DNA of 64,000 bases, from NCBI GenBank assembly GCA_964617735.1, contig CAZTXT010000001.1:532776-596775 (forward strand), in the 5' to 3' direction. The notes under the pieces were generated by a model. The model saw only the letters and a program-made list of their open reading frames with translations. It ran no database searches and was not told the DNA's origin. Positions 8,661 to 17,558 of the stretch are shown in pieces (positions within the stretch are counted from its first letter, which is position 1; each line of letters opens with the position of its first letter). The translations under genes were made by a program, and so were the position numbers. Source of the stretch: an uncultured Candidatus Saccharibacteria bacterium (GTDB taxonomy: Bacteria > Patescibacteriota > Minisyncoccia > Phycocordibacterales > DSPV01).

Positions 8661-10370
8661 TTATTGTAAATAGCCGGGAGCATTGAGCGAGAGCCATTCG
8701 AAGAACTGCCGCATGACATAGAGCGCGCCAACCGTATTGTCATGCGGCCCTTTCTCCATCACCGCTGCAAACGCATAACGAGGATGTTCGTACGGAAAAA
8801 ATCCTTCTACCCACGAATTCACGAATTGTTTCTTGCTGCCGAGTTCTGCCGTACCGGTCTTTGCAGCGATTGCTACCTCAGGGATATCGAGATTCTTCGC
8901 CGTGCCGTAGAGCACCGCATCGCGCATTCCCTCCTTAACCACCGTAAGATCCTTCTGCGAGAGCCCGAGGTCGGTCGAGAAAGACCGGCTCTGATTGCCG
9001 TTGAGAAGCACGGTGGGCTCGAGGAGTTTCCCGCCATTGGCGAGCGCCGCGACGGCCCGCACAACCTGTATGGGAGTCACTTGCATGCCATACTGACCGA
9101 TAGCAGTGTTGTAGGTGTCTCCGATCCGCCAGATTTCTCCGTTGAAATGAGCCTTCTTCCAGTCGGGATCGGGAAGCGTGCCGGCTGTGCCAAGGAGATA
9201 ATTGTCACTCTCCGCCTGCCCGAATCCGAACAACTGCATGTACTTCTTTATATTGGCGATACCCAGGCCTTGCTGATCCTCAAATCCCCCGCCCACCTCG
9301 TAAAAATAAACGTCCGAAGAAACTGCGATAGCTTCGCGCATATCAACCCAGCCATGCGCTTTCCAATCGTTGAATACCGATTTCTTCTCGGGTGCATAGG
9401 GGTTAGGAATGGAAATTGAACCGGTGCTTAAGATCGCTTTCTTCGGATCGATGATGCCTTCGTTCAATACTCCGGCGGCGAGGAACGGCTTGACGATAGA
9501 GCCAGGCGTGTAGAGACCGGTCACCACACGATCCAAAAATGGCTGCCGTTTATCCGCTAAGTAGCCGTTGATGGCAGAGGCTTCCGTCCCTTCGGACATG
9601 ACCGTCGAGTCGAACTCGGGAAAACTGGTCATTGCGACAATCTCTCCTGTTTCAACATCCATAACGACCGCCCCACCACTCGCGAAGCCGTTCGAATCAG
9701 CAAGACTTTTGATATAGCCGTACAGGGCGCTCTGGAGCTTCGAGTCTATAGAGAGCACTACATTCATCCCGTAATGCGCGGGTTTGATTACGCTCTCAGA
9801 TTCAACTGCACCTAGGGCATTGCGCTCGGTTATCTTGGTGCCATTCTCGCCGGTAAGAAGATCGTTGTAGTACGCTTCGACTCCATCCTTTCCCGAATAA
9901 TCAAGACGGTAGTATACGCCGGAGGAATCTTTCTTCGGATAATTAACATAGCCGAGGAGGTGCGCAAGCCCTGCATCACTGCGGTACTCGCGAGAAGGAT
10001 ACTCGGGATGCTCCGTTGAGATCTTGTTGGAGACAAGCGTTACCTGATTGCGGTCCTGGATAAGCCCGCGCGGAGCAAAGATAGTAGTGGTCAAGAGACT
10101 GTTGCGCTCGCTTAATATCGAGTAAGCCTCCCCCTTCTTGACCTGCAGCACCCACGTTCGAGACAGGAGGGTCACGCAAATAAGGAAAAACGCTAGTCCG
10201 GCAAAAAGCATCGTCCGGCGCGAGATCGGCTTTTCGATCCTTCCTTCGAACTGGTAGGTATCGAAATTCGGCAGATTGCTCGAATCGAGAAAGATCTCGT
10301 CTGGCGCGATCTCATGCACCGATTTTCCGCTCAACCGTCGGTCATTCCTCCGACTGAAAAATCGCTTCAT
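8661..10370 (-). CDS. mrdA: penicillin-binding protein 2 (elongasome transpeptidase)
   Basis: Class B PBP with SIVKP (STxK-like), SSD and KTGTA motifs. Immediately downstream of mreBCD. Confidence 0.8.
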   Translation of the reverse strand: MKRFFSRRNDRRLSGKSVHEIAPDEIFLDSSNLPNFDTYQFEGRIEKPISRRTMLFAGLAFFLICVTLLSRTWVLQVKKGEAYSILSERNSLLTTTIFAPRGLIQDRNQVTLVSNKISTEHPEYPSREYRSDAGLAHLLGYVNYPKKDSSGVYYRLDYSGKDGVEAYYNDLLTGENGTKITERNALGAVESESVIKPAHYGMNVVLSIDSKLQSALYGYIKSLADSNGFASGGAVVMDVETGEIVAMTSFPEFDSTVMSEGTEASAINGYLADKRQPFLDRVVTGLYTPGSIVKPFLAAGVLNEGIIDPKKAILSTGSISIPNPYAPEKKSVFNDWKAHGWVDMREAIAVSSDVYFYEVGGGFEDQQGLGIANIKKYMQLFGFGQAESDNYLLGTAGTLPDPDWKKAHFNGEIWRIGDTYNTAIGQYGMQVTPIQVVRAVAALANGGKLLEPTVLLNGNQSRSFSTDLGLSQKDLTVVKEGMRDAVLYGTAKNLDIPEVAIAAKTGTAELGSKKQFVNSWVEGFFPYEHPRYAFAAVMEKGPHDNTVGALYVMRQFFEWLSLNAPGYLQ

Positions 10371-10424
10371 ATCGGTATCATACTTCAGGGTAAGGAATTT
10401 TCAAAAATCATGAACGATATCAAT

Positions 10425-10709
10425 TCAGTAAAATATCAGGCGCTTCTTGAGAAACGGAATGAGCAGTAAAAAAAGCAACGAGAGCGCCGTGAATGGAAAC
10501 GGGAATCCGGGGGCAAATGGAGGCGGCCCGTAGAGCATATCTGCGGCGAAGCAAACGCCGACACCTTCGTAAAATCGACTGAACGCGAGAAAACCCCCGA
10601 CTGAGAAGACCAGAATCAACCACCACGGTGCCATAAAAAGAAGCACTATCATAAGGACGATAAAGAGAGAGCGGAAGATGATTTGCCTGCTGTTTTGGCG
10701 GGGGCTCAT
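10425..10709 (-). CDS. mreD: rod shape-determining protein MreD-like membrane protein
   Basis: 94-aa polytopic membrane protein between mreC and mrdA. Start overlaps the mreC stop. Confidence 0.45.
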   Translation of the reverse strand: MSPRQNSRQIIFRSLFIVLMIVLLFMAPWWLILVFSVGGFLAFSRFYEGVGVCFAADMLYGPPPFAPGFPFPFTALSLLFLLLIPFLKKRLIFY

Positions 10710-11515
10710 GGAGCGTGGGGTGCGCCGGTCTTGATAAGCACGGTTCGCTGTTCAAAGATATTGACCGGAATGCGAAAACGCACCAGTTGTAAGAAATCAA
10801 CGTCTCGATGCTCGAGCGACTCGACGGCACCGAGCGATATCCGCTCCCGACCCGGCAGTACCACAATATCTCCCTTTGCCACGGGCGCCTCCTGCGGAAG
10901 CAGTGCCTCAAACGCCCCTCCACCCACGCCGTGCGCGGAAGCTTGCAAACCCTTTGTACCGATCAGGACCGTAACGTCGTTTGCAGGAGCAGAAAGCAAA
11001 GTCGCGCGGGAGAAATCTCTGAACACTTCGGTTATCGAGCCCAGCGCAACGCCTCCCAGAGAAGTGACCGTATCACCAAGACTCACTCCTGCATCCGCTC
11101 CTGCCTCGAGCACCAGCGTGTCATACGGCGAGAGCGGCGGACGCAACAGAACGTCCGCTAAAAGGTCACGGCCAGGACTTTTTTCAACCGAAGAGGTCGC
11201 CAGCCGCTCATTCTCCGGAAAACCGGAAGCGAGGAGCTCTTGCCGCGCAAGCTCCAATTCAGTACTAAGCCGCCGATTCTCTGCGGTGAGCGTTTCTTTA
11301 GAGACCAGATAATCGAAAAACCCCGAAAAAAAACCGGCGATCTCATCGCGCGTTCGCCCTAAAGGCGCAGACACGTTATAGATGATGGTCGGGAAAAACG
11401 ATGGCGCCAAGAGTGCAACGACGACGCATATGAAAAGCAGGAAGAGTGCGACATAGAAAGAACGCCCGCCGCGCCAGCGATGCAGATTACTGCTCGAGGG
11501 GAAGGTCCGCCTCAT
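10706..11515 (-). CDS. mreC: rod shape-determining protein MreC
   Basis: N-terminal TM, coiled coil, then beta-rich domain. Sits between mreB and mreD. Confidence 0.7.
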   Translation of the reverse strand: MRRTFPSSSNLHRWRGGRSFYVALFLLFICVVVALLAPSFFPTIIYNVSAPLGRTRDEIAGFFSGFFDYLVSKETLTAENRRLSTELELARQELLASGFPENERLATSSVEKSPGRDLLADVLLRPPLSPYDTLVLEAGADAGVSLGDTVTSLGGVALGSITEVFRDFSRATLLSAPANDVTVLIGTKGLQASAHGVGGGAFEALLPQEAPVAKGDIVVLPGRERISLGAVESLEHRDVDFLQLVRFRIPVNIFEQRTVLIKTGAPHAP

Positions 11516-12566
11516 ATTCGATGAGTGTTTCTTTATATCGCTCCATATCCTCGACGATTATCCCTGCGCCGCGCGCAACTGCGGTTAAGGGATCGTCGGC
11601 GACATGGACGGGGATTTTTAGGCACTGCTGTAAATACGGCGCGAGACCGCGCAGGAGCGCACCGCCCCCCACCAGATAGATTCCCCGCTGCATGACATCG
11701 GAGACAAGCTCTGGGGGCGTGGACTCGAGCACTTCGCGCGCAGCCTCGACGATACTATCCACTGACTGACCGATCGCTTCACGGACATCGGCATCAGTGA
11801 TAATCACTTCGCGCGGCAGTCCCGTGATAAGGTCTCTTCCTTTCACGGTCGTCTCAAGCGAGCTTCCCAGAGGCATCGCGGAGCCGATCGATATCTTTAT
11901 GTGCTCGGCAGTCTTTTCGCCGATAAGTATTTTGAATTCACTGCGGATATAGGCAATGATGTCGTTATTGAAATGATCCCCCGCTATTTTAAGGTTCTTG
12001 GACTTCACGATACCACCTAAACTAATGATCGCGATGTCCGTCGTGCCTCCGCCGATATCGATGACCATATTCCCCGTAGGTTCTTTGATGGGCAGGCGGA
12101 TTCCGACAGCGGCCGCCATCGGCTGCTCGACGATATGCACCTCGCGAGCGCCGCTGTTGCGCGTCGCGTCCCGAACCGCCCGCGACTCGACGTTAGTGAC
12201 ACCCGAAGGAACACCAACCACCACGCGCGGTCCCAAGATCTTTCGTGAATCCTGCTGAACGCGGCTGATGAGATACGCGATCATCTCCTCGGTCACTTCG
12301 AAATCAGAGATGACTCCCTCGAAGAGCGGCCGGATCGCGGCGATATGCCCGGGAGTACGACCGAGCATCGCCTTTGCTTGATTGCCTATCGCAACGACCT
12401 GTCCGGTCTTTTGATTGATGGCGACGACTGAAGGCTCATTGATGACGATTCCCTGCCCGCGCACATACACCAGCGTATTCGCGGTTCCGAGATCAATACC
12501 GAGATCGTGGCTAAAAAGCCGGTACAATTCTTCCAGCTTCTGCCTCAAATACGATCCTTTAAACAT
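11487..12566 (-). CDS. mreB: rod shape-determining protein MreB
   Basis: Actin-fold motifs GIDLGTANT, DIGGGTTD and GGGALL. Start placed at MFKGSYLRQ (12566); the ORF extends further upstream, but that would overlap proS. Confidence 0.85.
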   Translation of the reverse strand: MFKGSYLRQKLEELYRLFSHDLGIDLGTANTLVYVRGQGIVINEPSVVAINQKTGQVVAIGNQAKAMLGRTPGHIAAIRPLFEGVISDFEVTEEMIAYLISRVQQDSRKILGPRVVVGVPSGVTNVESRAVRDATRNSGAREVHIVEQPMAAAVGIRLPIKEPTGNMVIDIGGGTTDIAIISLGGIVKSKNLKIAGDHFNNDIIAYIRSEFKILIGEKTAEHIKISIGSAMPLGSSLETTVKGRDLITGLPREVIITDADVREAIGQSVDSIVEAAREVLESTPPELVSDVMQRGIYLVGGGALLRGLAPYLQQCLKIPVHVADDPLTAVARGAGIIVEDMERYKETLIEYEADLPLEQ

Positions 12567-13815
12567 GGGATTTGATGCTCGGCAGCAGTTTTTTAGACGG
12601 TATGAGTTCTGTTTTTCCCGAGCGGCGATTGAGCAGCTCAAATGAGTCCTTGGAAGCGTTCCGCGCGCTTGCGATGATGCGTAGAGGGATGCCGATGAGG
12701 TCGGCGTCGGCGAATTTCTCTCCGGCCCGAGCATCGCGATCATCAAAAAGGACATCGATTCCCGCCGCTGAAAGTTCGTTGTATATCTTCTCCGCCTCGG
12801 TACGAACAGCTGCCTCTTTCTCATCGAGCAGTATTAGATGCACCGAGAACGGGGTCAGGGTGCGCGGCCACAGGAGACTTCTCTCGTCCGAGAAAAGTTC
12901 GACAGCGACCCCCATCAATCGTGCAGGGCCGATACCGTAGCTTCCCATGTGGACTGGCCGCGTTTCGTTCTTCTCATCCACAAACTTGAGTCCCAACGCT
13001 TCTGAAAAACGCGTACCCAGATCGAAAATGTTACCGACTTCGACGGCTTTGAGGGCGCGGAGGCTCTTATTACCGCAAACGGGACAAACTTTCTGCTCCG
13101 CGATTATCTCATCATTGACAGCAACCGAGCATTTCTCACACAGGTGGATGGTATCCTCGCCCGCGTCGCAAACGGTCTGAAATTCATGCGAATATTTGCT
13201 GAAACTGCCCCCCGCAGCATAGGTCAGATACGTTTGCGCGCCGATCCCCGCTCGGTCGAACACCGTTTTGTATGCGGCTTTCATCGCTTCGTAGAACTCG
13301 GCATGCTCCTCTGCGTCTTTCGAGAACGAATAGAGGTCCTTCATTAAAAACTCCCGGGTCCGCATGAGACCGGATTTTGCGCGGGCTTCATTGCGGAACT
13401 TCGTCTGTATCTGATACGGATAGACCGGAAGATCGCGGAATGAGCGGATATGGTCGCGCATCAAGAGCGTCAGAGGCTCTTCATGAGTGAAGCCGAGCCC
13501 CAGCTCGCCTCCGCTGTTGAGCTTCGTCTTGAACCAATTGTCGACATCCCTCTCGCTCCAGCGGCCGGTTTTCTCCCATGTCTCTTTGTTCTGCAGAGTC
13601 GCGAGAAAGATCTCCTGCCCTCCCACGGCGTTCATTTCCCCCCGAATGATCCCGATGATTTTGTTGAGAACGCGCAAACCCAGCGGCAAAAACGAATAGA
13701 CGCCGGCCATTTCCTTGTGGATGAATCCGCCTTGAATCAAAAGCTTAGCGTTCTTTGCAGCCTCATCTTTAGGGACCTCTTTGCGTGTTTTGGTGAATAG
13801 CTCAGACTGGCGCAT
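12559..13815 (-). CDS. proS: proline--tRNA ligase (class II, lacking INS editing domain; Cys4 insertion)
   Basis: Class II motifs, a C-terminal anticodon-binding domain, and a Cys4 cluster CEKC...CPVCG between motifs 2 and 3 where the INS domain normally sits. Confidence 0.8.
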   Translation of the reverse strand: MRQSELFTKTRKEVPKDEAAKNAKLLIQGGFIHKEMAGVYSFLPLGLRVLNKIIGIIRGEMNAVGGQEIFLATLQNKETWEKTGRWSERDVDNWFKTKLNSGGELGLGFTHEEPLTLLMRDHIRSFRDLPVYPYQIQTKFRNEARAKSGLMRTREFLMKDLYSFSKDAEEHAEFYEAMKAAYKTVFDRAGIGAQTYLTYAAGGSFSKYSHEFQTVCDAGEDTIHLCEKCSVAVNDEIIAEQKVCPVCGNKSLRALKAVEVGNIFDLGTRFSEALGLKFVDEKNETRPVHMGSYGIGPARLMGVAVELFSDERSLLWPRTLTPFSVHLILLDEKEAAVRTEAEKIYNELSAAGIDVLFDDRDARAGEKFADADLIGIPLRIIASARNASKDSFELLNRRSGKTELIPSKKLLPSIKSHV

Positions 13816-13935
13816 GACAGCGTTTACAAGTGACTAAGCTGCTTAATAATACAGGAATTATGGCTCAACGGCGAGAGTTGACAGTATGAATCGGTCGTTG
13901 CAACCTTCCTGACCGAAGCGTAAAACCCGATCCTC

Positions 13936-15030
13936 CTAGAGCAGATGGACGATATCCTTGTACGTGATAAGAACGAGAAGCAGCAGGAGTAATCCAAAAC
14001 CAACTGCATTAAGGGTTCTCGTCACCTTAGGCGGCAGCGGCCGGCGGATGAGTGCTTCGATGAGCACGAAGAAGAGTCGTCCCCCGTCGAGCGCGGGAAA
14101 TGGGATCACATTGATGACGGCAAGATTGAGCGAGATGATAGCGGTAAATGAGATGAGATAGAAAAATCCGAGCGAGGTCGCAGAGCCCACCATCACCGCG
14201 ATGCCAACCGGCCCCGATACCTGCGAGAAATCAGCATGCCCCGTCACTACCTGATAAAGGAAAACACCGATGGCCTGCGCGATCACTAAGAAAAGGTCGA
14301 TCGTTCGCTTCCCTCCTTCCCATAGAGCACTGAAAAACGGGAGCTTGAGCGTCCCTACCTGATCCATGCTGATGCCAATGCCTGCAACCGCGCTTACCAC
14401 GCCTTTTTTGGGCGTGACCTCAAGAGAAAGGTCTTGCCCGCTACGCTTCAGATTGATGGTGAGCGTTTTACTTTCGTGCGCCGCGATGAATTCCTGCACG
14501 TTTTTGATCGAAACACTGGAGAGACGATCGTCAGATGAAGCGCTCATGTTCAGTATCGCATCGCCCGCTTTGATGCCGGCGACATCGGCGGGAGAGAGCG
14601 GTAAGACATCCACGATCAGCAAACGCTCATTTTCCAGATGCGCTCCGACATACTGTTCGGTCGAGACGGGTGCGCCGGTCATAAAGACCAATGACAAAAG
14701 AACCCAGGCGAAAATGATGTTCATGAGTATCCCGCCCAAAAGCACAAGTGCCTGCACCGCACGGTTTTTCGCAATGAAACTCCGGGCACGATCGGGACTA
14801 TCCGGCAGAACGTCGATGGCTTCTTCGCCGAAGATCTTGACGTAACCGCCGAACGGCACGATGTTGAGAGCATACAGAGTCTCGCCGATCTTTTTCGAGA
14901 TTATCCGCGGCGGAAAACCGAGTGCAAATTCATCCACCCTGATGCCAAAAAGCTTGGCCAAACTGAAATGACCGAGTTCATGGACGAACACTAGAACCGC
15001 AAGAATAACGATAAAAAGTACGACAGTCAC
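13936..15030 (-). CDS. rseP: RIP metalloprotease RseP (site-2 protease) with PDZ domain
   Basis: HELGH zinc motif in TM1, a PDZ domain, and the C-terminal LDGG motif. Confidence 0.8.
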   Translation of the reverse strand: MTVVLFIVILAVLVFVHELGHFSLAKLFGIRVDEFALGFPPRIISKKIGETLYALNIVPFGGYVKIFGEEAIDVLPDSPDRARSFIAKNRAVQALVLLGGILMNIIFAWVLLSLVFMTGAPVSTEQYVGAHLENERLLIVDVLPLSPADVAGIKAGDAILNMSASSDDRLSSVSIKNVQEFIAAHESKTLTINLKRSGQDLSLEVTPKKGVVSAVAGIGISMDQVGTLKLPFFSALWEGGKRTIDLFLVIAQAIGVFLYQVVTGHADFSQVSGPVGIAVMVGSATSLGFFYLISFTAIISLNLAVINVIPFPALDGGRLFFVLIEALIRRPLPPKVTRTLNAVGFGLLLLLLVLITYKDIVHLL

Positions 15031-15036
15031 AGAAAA

Positions 15037-15588
15037 TTACGAGAGTATTTCTTTTTCCTTCTTCGAGAACAACTCATCGAAACCCTTGGAAGCCTGCTGA
15101 ACAGCCTTTTCCATTTCGTCTTTGAGACGGAATTTCTCGTCCTCGCCCATTTTCCCCTCTTTCTCTTTCGATTGAATATCCCTCCAGACTTCGTCGCGGA
15201 TAGCACGAAGCTTTTTGCGAGCTTCCTCGAGCTTCTCTTTGGCGACCTTGAAATATCCCTCGCGCCGCTCGGCGGTCAGCTCGGGAAAGATGACACGGAG
15301 GCCGCGATCATCGACAGCGACCGAAAGACCAAGACTCGACTGCACGATGGCTTTCTCGATATTTTTCGTCTGGGACGGATCGTAGGGACTGATGCGTAGC
15401 GAGCGGGCGTCTTCGATGGAAACCGAGGAAAGTTCGCGGATGCCCATTTTTGCGCCGTAGGATTCGACCGAAACCCCATCGAGTATTGCCGGCGCCGCAC
15501 GTCCGGTGCGTATAGCGGAGAATTCCTTTTGCAGCCACGAAAGGCTCGCCGCCGTCTTTTCCCTCAGTGGTTTGAAATCATAAGCCAT
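15037..15588 (-). CDS. frr: ribosome recycling factor
   Basis: 183 aa with the typical RRF sequence. Confidence 0.85.
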   Translation of the reverse strand: MAYDFKPLREKTAASLSWLQKEFSAIRTGRAAPAILDGVSVESYGAKMGIRELSSVSIEDARSLRISPYDPSQTKNIEKAIVQSSLGLSVAVDDRGLRVIFPELTAERREGYFKVAKEKLEEARKKLRAIRDEVWRDIQSKEKEGKMGEDEKFRLKDEMEKAVQQASKGFDELFSKKEKEILS

Positions 15589-15622
15589 AGTGGAAAAAGT
15601 ATAGCAGATTATCGTTTAAAAT

Positions 15623-16339
15623 TTAATGCTTAGAACTTATAGGCGGCAGTATGAGCGCAAGATGCTCGAGGAGCATTTTCACGGAAGACGAACGGTCACT
15701 AATGTACTTGCGACAGAGCGCCAAATCATCAAAAGCCTCCTGTGCGATATTAGATTTTCCTCGCGTCTCCCAAAGCATTTTTTCAAGTTGGCCGATCAAA
15801 TCAACAGTGAATTGCTTCTCGAGATCACCGTCAAAGATATCATCGGCTATCTTCTTTGCAAGCGTCAGACGCTCGGCGGGAGAGGCAGAGAGGAATTCCT
15901 GCGCCTGATTCTTGGCGGCGCTCCCTGCCGGTCGCGCCGTGTCGATGATATACAAACGCGAAGAGACCGTGGGAAGCAGAACTTGCGCGCGCGGAACGAT
16001 GAGAAAGAAATGGGTGCGTTCTCCAGGCTCTTCAAGGGTCTTTAAGAGCGAATTTTGCGCTTCAGTGGTCGCAGTGTTGAACGCGGCGATGATGACCTTG
16101 CGATTGCCGAATGCCTTGCGTTCGGCGATGTCTTTCACCCTGCGAGCATCGTCAATCGTAAGGACGTCAAAGCGCGAAACATGCAGGTCTGGGTTCCCGC
16201 GCAATTCAAAATTCTTAATCTTTTGTAAAAACGCCAAGATGTCGGAAATCGCTTCTTCTCTGTCCCCCGCAATGAGATAGGCATGATGGAGGGAAAGCGC
16301 TTCTTCTCCGGCCCAGCTTGAGATTTTCTCGGCTTGCAT
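15623..16339 (-). CDS. holB: DNA polymerase III delta'/delta-like clamp-loader subunit (no intact Walker A)
   Basis: AAA+-like clamp-loader fold signature (HHAYLIAGD, TLEEP, sensor SRL) but no GxxGxGKT. Confidence 0.5.
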   Translation of the reverse strand: MQAEKISSWAGEEALSLHHAYLIAGDREEAISDILAFLQKIKNFELRGNPDLHVSRFDVLTIDDARRVKDIAERKAFGNRKVIIAAFNTATTEAQNSLLKTLEEPGERTHFFLIVPRAQVLLPTVSSRLYIIDTARPAGSAAKNQAQEFLSASPAERLTLAKKIADDIFDGDLEKQFTVDLIGQLEKMLWETRGKSNIAQEAFDDLALCRKYISDRSSSVKMLLEHLALILPPISSKH

Positions 16340-16351
16340 ACGCTAAGTATA

Positions 16352-16402
16352 GCAAAAGCTCCACCCAGCCGTAGGTTTTAAAGAATCTACGACTGGGTGG
16401 AG
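16352..16402 (-). terminator. rho-independent terminator of second mreB
   Basis: On the minus strand, GGCTCCACCCAG...CTGGGTGGAGC forms an 11-bp stem with a structured loop, followed by TTTTG. A TATACT -10 for holB lies just beyond. Confidence 0.55.
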
Positions 16403-16429
16403 CCAGGGCTGGCGAATCAGTTTAACAAC

Positions 16430-17443
16430 TTATCGCTTCGCAATGATTGACTTCTTATACGCATCCAAGTGCTCGAGCGCGACCCCCGTCCCGCGGGCGA
16501 CGCAGAAGAGCGCATCCTTGGCAAGGGTTGCTTTCACGCCGGTGCGGCGAAAAACCAGTTCGGGAAAGTTGCGCAGCTGGGACGAACCGCCGGTCATGAT
16601 GATGCCGCGCTCAATGATATCCGCCGCAAGCTCGGGAGGAGTTTCCTGCAAAACATCCTTGATGGCCTTGATCATCTCACGCAATTCGCGGCTGATGGCC
16701 TTGACCACCTCGTTGGTCCGGAACTCGGCGCTCCGCGGAAGACCCGTGACGAAATCCCTGCCCTTCACCATCATCGCGATCTCTTCTTCCAGCGGTATCG
16801 CCGAGCCTATCGTTAGCTTTATCTCTTCCGCCATGCGATCCCCGATGGAGAGGTTGTATGTTTTCTTGAGATAATCGGCGATCGCCGAATCCATCCGGTT
16901 GCCAGCGCACTTGACCGAGTTGCAGGCGACAATGCCACCGAGAGAGATGACCGCGACATCCGTGGTCCCTCCGCCGATGTCCACCACCATATGCCCAACC
17001 GGTTCATGGATAGGGATGCCCGCGCCGATAGCGGCCAAGATCGGCTCTTTCACCACGAACGCGTTTTTCGCGCCAGCTCTGATGGCAGCCTCGATAACGG
17101 CGCGCCGTTCAGTGGAAGTCACCGAGGCGGGCACCGACACCATCACGTCAGGCTTCCAGATGTTCCAGCGGCCGAGCGCCTTGCCGATGAAATAACGTAA
17201 CATCGCCTCGGTCACCCGATAGTCGGCGATGACACCGTCTTTCATCGGCCGATAGGCAACAATGGAATCGGGGGTCTTCCCCACCATCTTCTTCGCCTCA
17301 ATGCCGACCGCAAGAATTTTGCGATCAACTTCAGAAACCGCCACTACGGATGGTTCGTTGAGTACGATACCCCTTCCCGGCGCGAAAACCAGGGTGTTCG
17401 CGGTTCCGAGGTCAATGCCCAACTTTGTAGAAAATAGAGCCAT
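16430..17443 (-). CDS. MreB/Mbl actin-like protein, second paralogue
   Basis: Motifs GIDLGTANT, DIGGGTTD and GGSS. Stand-alone, with its own terminator. Start placed at MALFSTKLGIDLGT. Confidence 0.8.
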   Translation of the reverse strand: MALFSTKLGIDLGTANTLVFAPGRGIVLNEPSVVAVSEVDRKILAVGIEAKKMVGKTPDSIVAYRPMKDGVIADYRVTEAMLRYFIGKALGRWNIWKPDVMVSVPASVTSTERRAVIEAAIRAGAKNAFVVKEPILAAIGAGIPIHEPVGHMVVDIGGGTTDVAVISLGGIVACNSVKCAGNRMDSAIADYLKKTYNLSIGDRMAEEIKLTIGSAIPLEEEIAMMVKGRDFVTGLPRSAEFRTNEVVKAISRELREMIKAIKDVLQETPPELAADIIERGIIMTGGSSQLRNFPELVFRRTGVKATLAKDALFCVARGTGVALEHLDAYKKSIIAKR

Positions 17444-17558
17444 AGAGGTAGCGTATAGGGTACAGCGGAAAGCCCAGAGCGTCCAGTCAGAAACGCCCAA
17501 AATCACCTTAGCACGTCACTTCCATATACATAGCACATATGCTATACTGGCTGATACC

